Positions 15,333 to 24,312 of a stretch of DNA of 39,868 nt are shown here, piece by piece (the stretch's first letter is position 1; every line of letters begins with the position of its first letter). This DNA is from an uncultured Oscillospiraceae bacterium (GTDB taxonomy: Bacteria > Bacillota > Clostridia > Oscillospirales > Oscillospiraceae), in assembly GCA_900762005.1 (NCBI GenBank), contig CAAFEV010000196.1, forward strand, positions 1 through 39,868, in the 5' to 3' direction. Under the pieces are notes generated by a model. That model had not been told where the DNA came from. It saw nothing but the letters and a program-made list of their open reading frames with translations, and did not search any database. The position numbers were made by a program, and so were the translations under genes.

Positions 15333-17027
15333 ATGAGGCGAATTAAGAATCTTTTCGGGAAAATCAAGGACAACAAGGGTAACGCCCGCTGGCTGCTCGC
15401 GCAGAGCAGCGGCACCAAAAAGTATGTCTTCGGCTTTCTGCTGATTAGCTTCTTTTCGATGCTCTTTTCTCTGGCAAGCCCGATTGCGAGTAAATACGTT
15501 GTTGACGCCGCCACCGGCAAGCGTACCGATTTTCAGCTCTACTATGTGCTGATTATGCTCGGCTCTACGGTCATCTCAATTCTGCTGGGCATTGTGTCGA
15601 ACCTGTTCGGCAGCTATGTCAACGAAAAATATGCCTTCAATGTCCGCGCAAAAATGTTTGACCGCGTGCAGCGCAGCAGCTGGAAACGAATTTCAAAATT
15701 TCACACCGGCGATATGCTCTCGCGCCTTACCTCCGACATTGACAACATCGCCACCAACATCATCAGCCTGCTGCCGAGCATGATTATTACCGCGTTGCAG
15801 CTGGTCATTATTTTGATTGTCGTGCTCAGAACCGACCCGACGCTTGCCCTGATTGGCCTGATTGTCGGTCCCTTCGGGCTGTTGATTACGATTTTTTATC
15901 GCAAGCCCTTCAGCCGCTATCAAACCGCGTTGCGTGAGAGCCAATCGGAGTATTATACCTTCTTTCAGGAGTCGCTGGGCAATCTCAGCGTGGTCAAGGC
16001 GTTTGAGCTGGAGGACCGAAACAACGAGCACTTTCAGGATATTCGTGACCGCCGCTTGAAAACCGTGATGAAAAGCGCACGGCTCAGCTCCGCCATGAGC
16101 GCGTCCATGCGCATGGTTTACAGTCTCGGCTATGTACTGGCGTTCGGCTGGTGCGCTTATCAGCTGCGCACCAATCCGGGCTATACCTACGGCACTATGA
16201 CACTCTTTCTTTCGATGGTTTCGATGATTCAAAGCTCGGTACAGAGCTTGGGCGGGGTTGTGCCGAAGTTTTATTCTATGCTGGTCTGCGCCAAGCGCGT
16301 GCGCGAAATTACCGAGCAGGAGCCGGAGTCAGCCGTCTCGCAGGCGGCTGTTCCGGAGCGGGCGGGGCTGCGCGTGCAGAACGTCAGCTTTACCTATGAA
16401 AATGAAATTGTTTTGAGGAACATTTCCTTCACGGTTGCGCCCATGCGCCGTGTCGGCATCATCGGCTCGTCCGGCGCAGGCAAAACAACTCTGATTCGTC
16501 TGCTTCTGGCACTGGTTATGCCGGACAGCGGCAGTCTGGAATTCACCTGCGGTGACACCGCCGAGCCAAGCTCGTCCGCAACCCGCCGCCTGATATCCTA
16601 TGTTCCGCAGGGTAACACGCTCTTAACCGGCACGGTGCGCGAAAATCTTCTCACAGGTAACCCCGACGCCTCCGACGCGGAGCTTTGGCGCGTCCTGGAG
16701 CTGTCGGACGCGGCGGATTTCGTGCGCAAAGACCCCAACGGGCTGGATATGGCAATCCGTGAGGGCTCCGGCGGTTTGTCCGCAGGACAGGCACAGCGTA
16801 TCGGCATCGCCCGCGCACTGGTGCGCAACCGCCCGGTGTTGATTCTCGACGAGGCAACCAGCGCACTCGATGAGGCAACCGAGCGGCGTATCTTCGAGCG
16901 CGTTGTCTCTGAATGCGGTAAGACCTGCTTCATCATTACGCACCGCAGCTCCATGCTGAAATACTGCGACTGCGTCCTCGAAATCAACGATGACGGAACG
17001 GCAAAAATGACCGACAGGGAGGACTGA
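15333..17027 (+). CDS. ABC exporter, fused permease/ATPase
   Basis: TM domain with HTGDMLSRLTSD; GSSGAGKTT, LSAGQAQR, ILDEATSALD. Confidence 0.95.
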   Translation: MRRIKNLFGKIKDNKGNARWLLAQSSGTKKYVFGFLLISFFSMLFSLASPIASKYVVDAATGKRTDFQLYYVLIMLGSTVISILLGIVSNLFGSYVNEKYAFNVRAKMFDRVQRSSWKRISKFHTGDMLSRLTSDIDNIATNIISLLPSMIITALQLVIILIVVLRTDPTLALIGLIVGPFGLLITIFYRKPFSRYQTALRESQSEYYTFFQESLGNLSVVKAFELEDRNNEHFQDIRDRRLKTVMKSARLSSAMSASMRMVYSLGYVLAFGWCAYQLRTNPGYTYGTMTLFLSMVSMIQSSVQSLGGVVPKFYSMLVCAKRVREITEQEPESAVSQAAVPERAGLRVQNVSFTYENEIVLRNISFTVAPMRRVGIIGSSGAGKTTLIRLLLALVMPDSGSLEFTCGDTAEPSSSATRRLISYVPQGNTLLTGTVRENLLTGNPDASDAELWRVLELSDAADFVRKDPNGLDMAIREGSGGLSAGQAQRIGIARALVRNRPVLILDEATSALDEATERRIFERVVSECGKTCFIITHRSSMLKYCDCVLEINDDGTAKMTDRED

Positions 17028-17029
17028 GA

Positions 17030-17824
17030 ATGCGCTTTGCTTATGCCGGCTTTGACCTGCTATACCCCGCAATGCAGGCACTTTTGGATTGCGGAAATAC
17101 CGTCTGCAAGCTTTTTACCTGCAAAACAGACCAGATTACGGAGTTCAATACCCAAGTGATTGCGCTTGCAAGCTCCCACAGCATCCCCTATACCGAAAAG
17201 AAGCTGACCCTTGCGGATTTGCAGGAGCTGCAGGCAACAGGCTGCGACGCCCTTTTGTGCGCCGGCTATTACTATCGCGTGCCGATTTTACCCGGCTTTC
17301 CGATGATTAACGTGCATCCCTCCTTTTTGCCCGAGGGGCGCGGCGCGTGGCCGATGCCGGTGGCGATTTTACGGCAGCTTCCCATCGGCGGCGTGAGCTT
17401 CCATAAAATGGAGGCCTCGTTCGACACCGGGGACATTCTGTTACAGCGCAGCTTTCCGCTTTCGCCGCGGGAAACACTGGAAAGCTATATGCAAAAGCTC
17501 TACGCGCTGCTGCCCGCGATGCTTCGGCAGCTAACCGGGCAATTCGACTCACTGTACGCACAGGCAACGCCGCAGGGCGAGGGGAGCTATTGGGACTGCC
17601 CCACCGAAAAGGACTGGACGGTGGAATGCACCATGACGGCGGAGCAGGCAGACCGGATATTGCGCGCCTTTTACGGCTATGAGTGCATCTATTCCAACGG
17701 CAGCGAGCGTTACGAGTTCATCGGCGGACGCTGCGTTGCAGGCAGCAATGAGAAGCGGGAATTTCCCGTGCAGGGAGGCTATCTCCTTGCAGATAAAATC
17801 AGAAAGTTGAATGAAGCATCATGA
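17030..17824 (+). CDS. formyltransferase family protein (Fmt-like, 10-formyl-THF dependent)
   Basis: INVHPSFLPEGRGAWP and FDTGDILLQ motifs; 264 aa with a short C-terminal region. Confidence 0.85.
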   Translation: MRFAYAGFDLLYPAMQALLDCGNTVCKLFTCKTDQITEFNTQVIALASSHSIPYTEKKLTLADLQELQATGCDALLCAGYYYRVPILPGFPMINVHPSFLPEGRGAWPMPVAILRQLPIGGVSFHKMEASFDTGDILLQRSFPLSPRETLESYMQKLYALLPAMLRQLTGQFDSLYAQATPQGEGSYWDCPTEKDWTVECTMTAEQADRILRAFYGYECIYSNGSERYEFIGGRCVAGSNEKREFPVQGGYLLADKIRKLNEAS

Positions 17825-18702
17825 TTACCACGCATGAGCAGACCGTTCCGATTGCCCCGGTGCACCAAGCACCAATCGAAGCCCTGCGAAGAAAATATCA
17901 TCACACGCTCTCCTCGCACGCCTTTGTCTCGCTCTACCTCTGGCGTGAGGAGATGCGGCTCTCCCTGTATTTACGCGATGACTGCTTCAGCGCACGCTGC
18001 GGCTGGAAGGGCGAAAACGCATGGTTTTTCCCCTGCGGCAGTGAAGCGGCAAAGCTTGCCTTTGTTGCAGAGCACGGACAGGAGCCTGACTTCCGCCTGT
18101 GCTATCTGCGTGAAGCCGACCGGGATTTTCTGCAAATGCACTTCCCACAGGTATATCGGCTTGTCCGGGATGAAAACTCCGACGAATACCTTTACGACCG
18201 CGTCGGTCATTTGCTGCTCAGGGGCGGACGTTACGCCAATGTGCGCACGCAGGTGCACCGCGCCGAGCGCGATTACGCGCTGACCGTTCAGCCGCTGGAT
18301 GCCGAAGCCTGCCCCAAGGCGGTGGAGATTGTCCGCCAATGGGCAAGCCTTCCTCATCCGTTTGTCTGCGGACTTAACGACGACAAGGTGGACGAGGAGG
18401 CAATTAAGCGTCTGCCGGAATTACAGATGCAGGGTGTTTTGGTTTCGGTAAACGCAGAACCCTATGCCGTCTGCGCGGGCTTTCCCCTGAGCGGGGACAC
18501 CTTTGACCTGTGCGTCGCGAAATGCCGCAAGAACCTGCCCGGCTTGTCTTACTACGCCAAACGTGCGCTGTTTCAAGTGCTGGAGCCGCGCTTCACTTAT
18601 ATTAACCTAGAGGAAGACCTCGGCATTCCCGGTCTGCGCGAAATGAAGCAGCTGCTGGCGCCCGTACAAAAAAACGAAATATGGGAGGCGACTCGGCTCT
18701 GA
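17821..18702 (+). CDS. DUF2156 / phosphatidylglycerol lysyltransferase-domain protein (aa-tRNA-dependent transferase fold)
   Basis: SHAFVSLYLW, DENSDEYLY...LRGGRYANVR, YINLEEDLGIPGLREMK. Confidence 0.82.
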   Translation: MITTHEQTVPIAPVHQAPIEALRRKYHHTLSSHAFVSLYLWREEMRLSLYLRDDCFSARCGWKGENAWFFPCGSEAAKLAFVAEHGQEPDFRLCYLREADRDFLQMHFPQVYRLVRDENSDEYLYDRVGHLLLRGGRYANVRTQVHRAERDYALTVQPLDAEACPKAVEIVRQWASLPHPFVCGLNDDKVDEEAIKRLPELQMQGVLVSVNAEPYAVCAGFPLSGDTFDLCVAKCRKNLPGLSYYAKRALFQVLEPRFTYINLEEDLGIPGLREMKQLLAPVQKNEIWEATRL

Positions 18703-20429
18703 AAAAGATAAATGACCGTTTTACGGGAAATATGTTCCGCCGACTGTTCCTGCCGTCCCTGTTCTCAGCGTTCGGGCTTGCCTTCGCGGATATGGCGGAC
18801 GCGCTGGTGGTCGGTCAGCGCATGGGTGCAACAGGCCTGGCGGCTATCAGCTTGTCTTTGCCCGTGTACATGATTATCAATCTGTTTATGCACGGCTTCG
18901 GCGGCGGCGGCTCGGTGCGCTACTCCAAGCTGCTCGGCGAGGGACGCAAGGATGACGCAGTGCGCAGCTTCAACCGCGTGGCGCAGGCGGCTCTTGCCGT
19001 CAGTATCGTCATGGCAGTGCTCGGCAATCTGTTTTTAGAGCCGCTGCTCTCCGTGCTGGGCGCGGCACCCGAAAATCAGGAGCTTTACAACGCCAGCCGC
19101 GAGTATGTGCAGATTATCGTCTGCGGCATTCCGCTGTTCTTCTTCGCATATATTCTGAATTATTATCTGCGCAACGACGATAATCAGCGGCTTGCCAGTG
19201 TTGCCTTCATCATCGGCAACGCGGTGGACATCGGGTTAAATATTCTCTTTGTGCTGGTTTTGGACCTTGGCGTCAAGGGCGCGGCGTACTCCACGCTGAT
19301 TGGCTATGCCGTCTCCATCTGCTGTTACCTGCCGGGCCTGTTCTCCAAAAAGCACACCCTGCGCGTGCGCACGGTCAGACCCGGCATCAGGGAGGCTTTC
19401 TCCTGCTTTGCAACAGGCTTTTCCACCTCGTCGCAATATCTGATGCAAATGCTTTTCTTTATCATCGTCAACAACACGCTTTTGCGCATGATGAACGGCA
19501 GCGAGAGCGGCGTCGCCGTCTTTGATATGCTGCAAAACGCCTCGTATCTGGTGCTCTATCTCTACGATGCAGCCGCAAAAGCAGCGCAGCCGTTGGCAAG
19601 CACCTACTGCGGCGAGCAAAATCGGCAGGGCGAACGCAATACGCTGCGCTATGCGCTGATTTTCGGCTCGCTTGCCGGCGCGGCAATGGCACTGCTGCTG
19701 TGCCTGTTCCCCCACACAATCTGTGCCCTGTTCGGGCTGGGAGAGGCTTCGTTGATTGCAATGGCAACCCCCGCTCTGCGCATCTACTGCGGCGGTCTGC
19801 TTCTTGCCGGTGTCAGCATCATTTTGGAGAGCTATTTTCAGTCCTGTGACCGCGAAAAAGCAGCTTTCGCCCTCACGCTGCTGCGCGGTGCGGTAATTCT
19901 GCTGCCGGTGACGCTGCTGTTCTCCCTGTGCTTCCCGATTGCGCTCTTCTGGTGGCTCTTCCCCGTCACCGAGGCTCTGACCCTACTCCTATTCTTCGTG
20001 CTGCTGCCGCGCTTCAAACGCAAGGCACTTCCGGCAGAGCGCATTTTGGAACGTACCATCAAAAACAAAAACGAGGATCTGGGCGACCTTACCCAAGCGG
20101 CAGAGGTCTTCTGCGAGCAATGGGAGGCTACGCCGAAGCAGACCTATTTCGTCACCATGACGATTGAGGAAATCTGCCTTGCAATTATGCTCAACGCCTT
20201 TGACCAAACGGAAAACGGCTTTATTCAGATGACCTTAGTTGCCTTGCCCGACGGACTTTTTGAGCTGCATCTGCGCGACAACGCAACGGCGTTCGACCCG
20301 TTCTCCTTAGTGACCGAGGGCGCGGGCTTCAACATCGACGCGGCAGGCATGACCGTTATCAAAAACAAAGCAAAGGACTTTTTCTACCGACGCTATCAGG
20401 GCTTTAATGCACTGGTGGTGCGCATATAA
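18681..20429 (+). CDS. MATE-family efflux transporter fused to a C-terminal HATPase_c (RsbW-like) domain
   Basis: MATE motifs (ADALVVGQRMGATGLAAI, NILFVLVLDLGVKGAAYST); C-terminal EEICLAI...LRDNATAFDPF...YRRYQGFN. Start is ATG 18681 or CTG 18699 (GGAGG at 18684). Confidence 0.85.
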   Translation: MGGDSALKKINDRFTGNMFRRLFLPSLFSAFGLAFADMADALVVGQRMGATGLAAISLSLPVYMIINLFMHGFGGGGSVRYSKLLGEGRKDDAVRSFNRVAQAALAVSIVMAVLGNLFLEPLLSVLGAAPENQELYNASREYVQIIVCGIPLFFFAYILNYYLRNDDNQRLASVAFIIGNAVDIGLNILFVLVLDLGVKGAAYSTLIGYAVSICCYLPGLFSKKHTLRVRTVRPGIREAFSCFATGFSTSSQYLMQMLFFIIVNNTLLRMMNGSESGVAVFDMLQNASYLVLYLYDAAAKAAQPLASTYCGEQNRQGERNTLRYALIFGSLAGAAMALLLCLFPHTICALFGLGEASLIAMATPALRIYCGGLLLAGVSIILESYFQSCDREKAAFALTLLRGAVILLPVTLLFSLCFPIALFWWLFPVTEALTLLLFFVLLPRFKRKALPAERILERTIKNKNEDLGDLTQAAEVFCEQWEATPKQTYFVTMTIEEICLAIMLNAFDQTENGFIQMTLVALPDGLFELHLRDNATAFDPFSLVTEGAGFNIDAAGMTVIKNKAKDFFYRRYQGFNALVVRI

Positions 20430-20451
20430 TAATGGAAAGGAAGAGAATGCC

Positions 20452-22152
20452 ATGAAAAAGCCGCGCCTGTCCCTGCAAACCAAGGTAATCGCCATGATTT
20501 TGTTGGTCGCAGTCATTCTGTCTGCCTCCGCCGTCATCATCAGCTACGCGGTCTATGCCAACACAATGGATGAACACTACCAGACCCTCGCGCAGAATAT
20601 CTCCAAAACCGCTGCCGAGATGCTCGACGCACAGGAGGTGCGCACACTGACCGGGAGGGTCATGGACATCTTCCGGACACGCTGCAGCGGCGACACTCCG
20701 CCGGATTTTTCCACGCTGAGCGTCGAGGAGGTGGATGCCTTCTATCGGGAGTCGGGCATCTATGAGCTGCCGGAATATCAGCACTGTCTCGACACGCTCT
20801 CAGCACTGAGAGATGCCAACAATGTCAAGTGGATGTATATCTGCTACATGGATCTCGATACCGGCAGTGCGGTCTACATTCTCGATGTGGACGGTGTGGA
20901 AAACATCGCCGATACCATTGAGGACGGCAACCGGCATCTGATTGAAAGCGGCACCTATGATTTTCCCGCTTACATCACCAACTATGAGGACTACGGCTGG
21001 CTCAGTACGGCAGCCTCAGGCATCTTTGACAGCTCGGGTAACTATGTTGCCAACGCCTACGTCGATATCTCGATGGATAACATTATGGCAGACCGGCAGG
21101 AATTCTTAATCTGGCTGCTTATCTTCCTGTTCGCGGCAACCACGGTACTGATTGTCCTGATTATCTGGTTCATCCGCCGCAGCATTGTCAAGCCCATCAA
21201 TCAGCTCTCCCGTGCGACAAGCCTGTTCGTCAACGAAAAGAAAGACCCGCAGGGCGTGTCCGCCATTTCGCAGCTGCAAATTCATACCAAGGATGAAATC
21301 GAGCATCTCTCCGACTCCATCAAAACGATGGAGCGCGAGATTAACAGCTACATCGACAATCTCGCCCGCGTCACGGGCGAAAAGGAACGCATCAGTGCCG
21401 AGCTGAACGTCGCCACACAGATTCAGGCGAGTATGCTGCCGAGCACCTTCCCCGCCTTCCCCGAGCGCGAGGAATTCGACATTTACGCCTTGATGAACCC
21501 GGCAAAGGAGGTCGGCGGCGATTTCTACGACTTCTTCTTCGTCGATGATGACCATTTCGCCATGGTGATGGCAGATGTGTCCGGCAAGGGCGTTCCCGCC
21601 GCGCTGTTTATGGTGGTTGCAAAAAACCTTATCAAAAACAATGCGCAGACCATGCCCTCTCCCAAGGACATCCTGGAAAAGGTCAATCAGGAGCTGTGCG
21701 AAAACAACGAAGCGGAGATGTTCGTCACGGTCTGGCTCGGCATTCTGGAGATTTCTACCGGCACGCTCCGCGCAGCAAACGCCGGTCACGAATACCCGAT
21801 ATTGCGCCGTGCGGACGGCAGCTTCGAGCTTTATAAAGACAAGCACGGCTTCGTCCTCGGCGGAATGCCCACCGCAAAATACCGCGAATATGAGCTGCCG
21901 CTGCAGAAGGGCGATAAGCTCTACCTCTACACCGACGGCGTAACCGAGGCCACCAACGCCCGCAACGAGCTTTACGGCACCGCCCGTCTGCTCGCCGCCC
22001 TGAACGACAATCCGCAGACACCGCCGAGCCGGCTTCTGCCCGCTATCCGTGCGGATATTGACCGCTTTGTGCAGGAGGCACCGCAGTTTGACGACATCAC
22101 CATGATGGCATTTGAGCTGAAAAAGGGCGGCAGCGTATCAAAAAAAGTCTAA
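20452..22152 (+). CDS. membrane sensor PP2C/SpoIIE-family phosphatase (RsbU-like) with HAMP domain
   Basis: Two TM helices around an extracellular domain, HAMP (IVKPINQLS...DEIEHLS), EVGGDFYD, ADVSGKGVPAA, NAGHE, YTDGVTEA, QFDDITM. Confidence 0.93.
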   Translation: MKKPRLSLQTKVIAMILLVAVILSASAVIISYAVYANTMDEHYQTLAQNISKTAAEMLDAQEVRTLTGRVMDIFRTRCSGDTPPDFSTLSVEEVDAFYRESGIYELPEYQHCLDTLSALRDANNVKWMYICYMDLDTGSAVYILDVDGVENIADTIEDGNRHLIESGTYDFPAYITNYEDYGWLSTAASGIFDSSGNYVANAYVDISMDNIMADRQEFLIWLLIFLFAATTVLIVLIIWFIRRSIVKPINQLSRATSLFVNEKKDPQGVSAISQLQIHTKDEIEHLSDSIKTMEREINSYIDNLARVTGEKERISAELNVATQIQASMLPSTFPAFPEREEFDIYALMNPAKEVGGDFYDFFFVDDDHFAMVMADVSGKGVPAALFMVVAKNLIKNNAQTMPSPKDILEKVNQELCENNEAEMFVTVWLGILEISTGTLRAANAGHEYPILRRADGSFELYKDKHGFVLGGMPTAKYREYELPLQKGDKLYLYTDGVTEATNARNELYGTARLLAALNDNPQTPPSRLLPAIRADIDRFVQEAPQFDDITMMAFELKKGGSVSKKV

Positions 22153-22535
22153 CCTCACAAACCGCTCAGATTACCGCAGAAGACGTCCGCCGGTTTGTTG
22201 AGGAAGAATTTAAAAAAATGGACGTGCCGCGCACCGTCGCAAGCAAAATGTATATCGCCGTCGATGAGATTGTCTCCAACATTCTGCAATACAGCGGTGC
22301 CGGAGAACTGACACTGTGCTGCGAAATCTCTCCGCAAGCCGTTATGCTCTCCTTCTCCGACAACGGCACCCCCTATGACCCGCTTGCCAAGCCGGACCCC
22401 GATGTGACATTGGCCCTTGATGAGCGCGAAATCGGCGGCTTGGGTATCTTCATGGTGAAAAAAAGCATGGATGCCATGGACTACCGCTTTGCAGACGGAA
22501 AGAATATACTGACTTTAAAAAAACTTATCGTATAA
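22137..22535 (+). CDS. RsbW-like anti-sigma factor / Ser kinase (HATPase_c_2); start anomalous
   Basis: IAVDEIVSNILQYS, FSDNGTPYDPL, REIGGLGIFMVKKSMD, GKNILTL. The first ATG is 22218, but the domain-like frame is open from 22116; the inferred start position 22137 reads ATC. Confidence 0.8.
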   Translation: MKKSLTSQTAQITAEDVRRFVEEEFKKMDVPRTVASKMYIAVDEIVSNILQYSGAGELTLCCEISPQAVMLSFSDNGTPYDPLAKPDPDVTLALDEREIGGLGIFMVKKSMDAMDYRFADGKNILTLKKLIV

Positions 22536-22548
22536 AGGAGAACAGATT

Positions 22549-22845
22549 ATGACGATTCAGAAAACAGCAGAAGGCGCAAGGCTGACCCTGTCCCTGCAGG
22601 GACGTCTGGACACCACCACCGCACCGCAGCTGGAGGCGGAGTTAAAAGGCTCCGTCAGCGGTGTGGAGGAATTGATTTTGGATTTCTCCGAGCTGGAGTA
22701 CATCTCCTCCGCCGGGCTGCGTGTCCTGCTTTCGGCACAGAAGGTCATGAGCCGTCAGGGCAGCATGGTCGTCCGTAAGGTCAACGAAGAGGTCATGGAT
22801 GTTTTTGAGCTGACCGGCTTCGCGGATATTCTCACAATCGAGTAA
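22549..22845 (+). CDS. STAS-domain anti-anti-sigma factor (RsbV/SpoIIAA-like)
   Basis: GRLDTTTAP...LDFSELEYISSAGLRVLL...VFELTGF; AAAGGAG RBS. Confidence 0.95.
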   Translation: MTIQKTAEGARLTLSLQGRLDTTTAPQLEAELKGSVSGVEELILDFSELEYISSAGLRVLLSAQKVMSRQGSMVVRKVNEEVMDVFELTGFADILTIE

Positions 22846-22858
22846 CGCTGCTATCGTG

Positions 22859-22904
22859 AAAACGGCTCCGTCCTGCACCTTGTGCGAAGGACGGAGCCGT
22901 TTTT
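22859..22904 (+). terminator. rho-independent terminator closing the cluster
   Basis: AAAACGGCTCCGTCCT...AGGACGGAGCCGTTTTT long stem with T tract. Confidence 0.88.
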
Positions 22905-22935
22905 CCGGCGGGCTGCCGTGACCTCGGGCGCGGGC

Positions 22936-22963
22936 TTGCTTTTTGAGGAAAAAACGGTATAAT
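22936..22963 (+). promoter_or_regulatory. sigmaA promoter of psd
   Basis: TTGCTT, 16 nt spacer, TATAAT. Confidence 0.6.
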
Positions 22964-22984
22964 AAGAAAAAAGGCGGTGCGCTT

Positions 22985-23866
22985 ATGCAGATTTTTGACA
23001 GAAAAACTCAGACACTCATACAGCAGCCGGAGGTCGGCATCGGCGCAATCCGCTTTGTCTACGGCACAAGCCTCGGCAGAATGCTCGCCAAGGGGATTTT
23101 GTGCCGGAAATTCGTCTCCAACGCCTATGCCGCGTGGCAGAAAAGCTGCTTTTCCCGCGGCAAGGTCCGGAAATTCATGGCGCAGTATCAAATCTCCGTT
23201 GACGACTGCACAACGCGGGAGTTTCCAAACTTCAACGCGTTCTTTACCCGCCGTCGAAGATGTTATGTAAACCAAACGCCGGAGACGGGACTGCCCGCGA
23301 TTGCCGATGCCAAGCTGACTGCGCTGCCGATTGACGGGCAGTCGGTTTGCACGGTCAAGGGCGTGCCCTATACCGTCGCGGAGCTGTTGGACGACGCGGC
23401 GTTGGCAGCGCGGTATGTCGGCGGTCTGTGCCTGATTTTCCGCCTTGCACCGAGCGATTACCATCGCTATGCCTACCCCGACAACGGACGGCAGGACACA
23501 ACGCGGCTTGTGCCGGGCGTGCTGCATACGGTGCATCCGCTTGCAGCCGATTTGCGCGTTTACCGACGCAATACCCGCACGGTGACGGTTCTGCACACCG
23601 AGCATTTCGGACAGATTGTGCAGCTGGAGGTCGGTGCGCTGTTGGTCGGGAAAATCTGCAACCACTGCGAAACCGACGGGGAATTTACGAAACTGCAGGA
23701 AAAGGGGTACTTTGCCTACGGCGGTTCAACGGTGATCTTGCTGTTGCAGCACGGCACTGCCGTGCCCGATGCGGACATCGCAGCGCAATCTGCAGCGGGG
23801 ATTGAGACGCAGGTGCACCTCGGTGAGCAGGTCGCCTCTGTGCCGAAGCAGGAGGTAACACCGTGA
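22985..23866 (+). CDS. psd: phosphatidylserine decarboxylase proenzyme
   Basis: FNAFFTR, FRLAPSDYHRY, EVGALLVGKI, EKGYFAYGGSTVI (GGST autocleavage site). Confidence 0.92.
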   Translation: MQIFDRKTQTLIQQPEVGIGAIRFVYGTSLGRMLAKGILCRKFVSNAYAAWQKSCFSRGKVRKFMAQYQISVDDCTTREFPNFNAFFTRRRRCYVNQTPETGLPAIADAKLTALPIDGQSVCTVKGVPYTVAELLDDAALAARYVGGLCLIFRLAPSDYHRYAYPDNGRQDTTRLVPGVLHTVHPLAADLRVYRRNTRTVTVLHTEHFGQIVQLEVGALLVGKICNHCETDGEFTKLQEKGYFAYGGSTVILLLQHGTAVPDADIAAQSAAGIETQVHLGEQVASVPKQEVTP

Positions 23867-24120
23867 GCCATTCGTTTTTTCAGAACAGAAAGTGTGAATT
23901 TTTTCCCTGTCACGCGGGAGCCGAGGCAGAACGGTTTAACTGTTTGTTTTGCTTTTGCCCGCTTTACGCGCTCGCAGAAGCCTGCGGCGGGCAGTTCATC
24001 CGCACCCCCGACGGTGTGAAGGATTGCTCTGCGTGCCTGTTTCCGCACCTTCCGGAGAATTATATGGCGGTCTGTCAAAAAAGTACCGTGCTATGTGAGA
24101 GAAGCAAGAAACGGGCGTAG
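23863..24120 (+). CDS. cysteine-rich small domain (metal-binding) protein
   Basis: FFQNRKCEFFPCH...FNCLFCFCPLY...CGG...GVKDCSACLFPH; GTG start overlapping the psd stop. Confidence 0.85.
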   Translation: MSHSFFQNRKCEFFPCHAGAEAERFNCLFCFCPLYALAEACGGQFIRTPDGVKDCSACLFPHLPENYMAVCQKSTVLCERSKKRA

Positions 24121-24245
24121 GTTTTCTGTCTTTTCTCTTTTTGCAGTTTACCATAATTTTTATTATGTTAACCTCTGCTTTGCGGGATTACCCTGTTCTT
24201 TCTTCCGAAGCGCGTTTAGCCGCAGAATGCGGAGGGGAGAAAAGG

Positions 24246-24312
24246 CTCTCTCCCTCAGTCGCGGCTATGCCGCGCCAGCTCCCTCGTCAGAGGGAGCCAA
24301 GGGCGGGGGACG
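24246..24312. repeat. intergenic palindromic repeat, short form
   Basis: CTCTCTCCCTCAGTCGCGGCTATGCCGCGCCAGCTCCCTCGTCAGAGGGAGCCAAGGGCGGGGGACG; two hairpins; homologous to 2073-2215. Confidence 0.8.
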
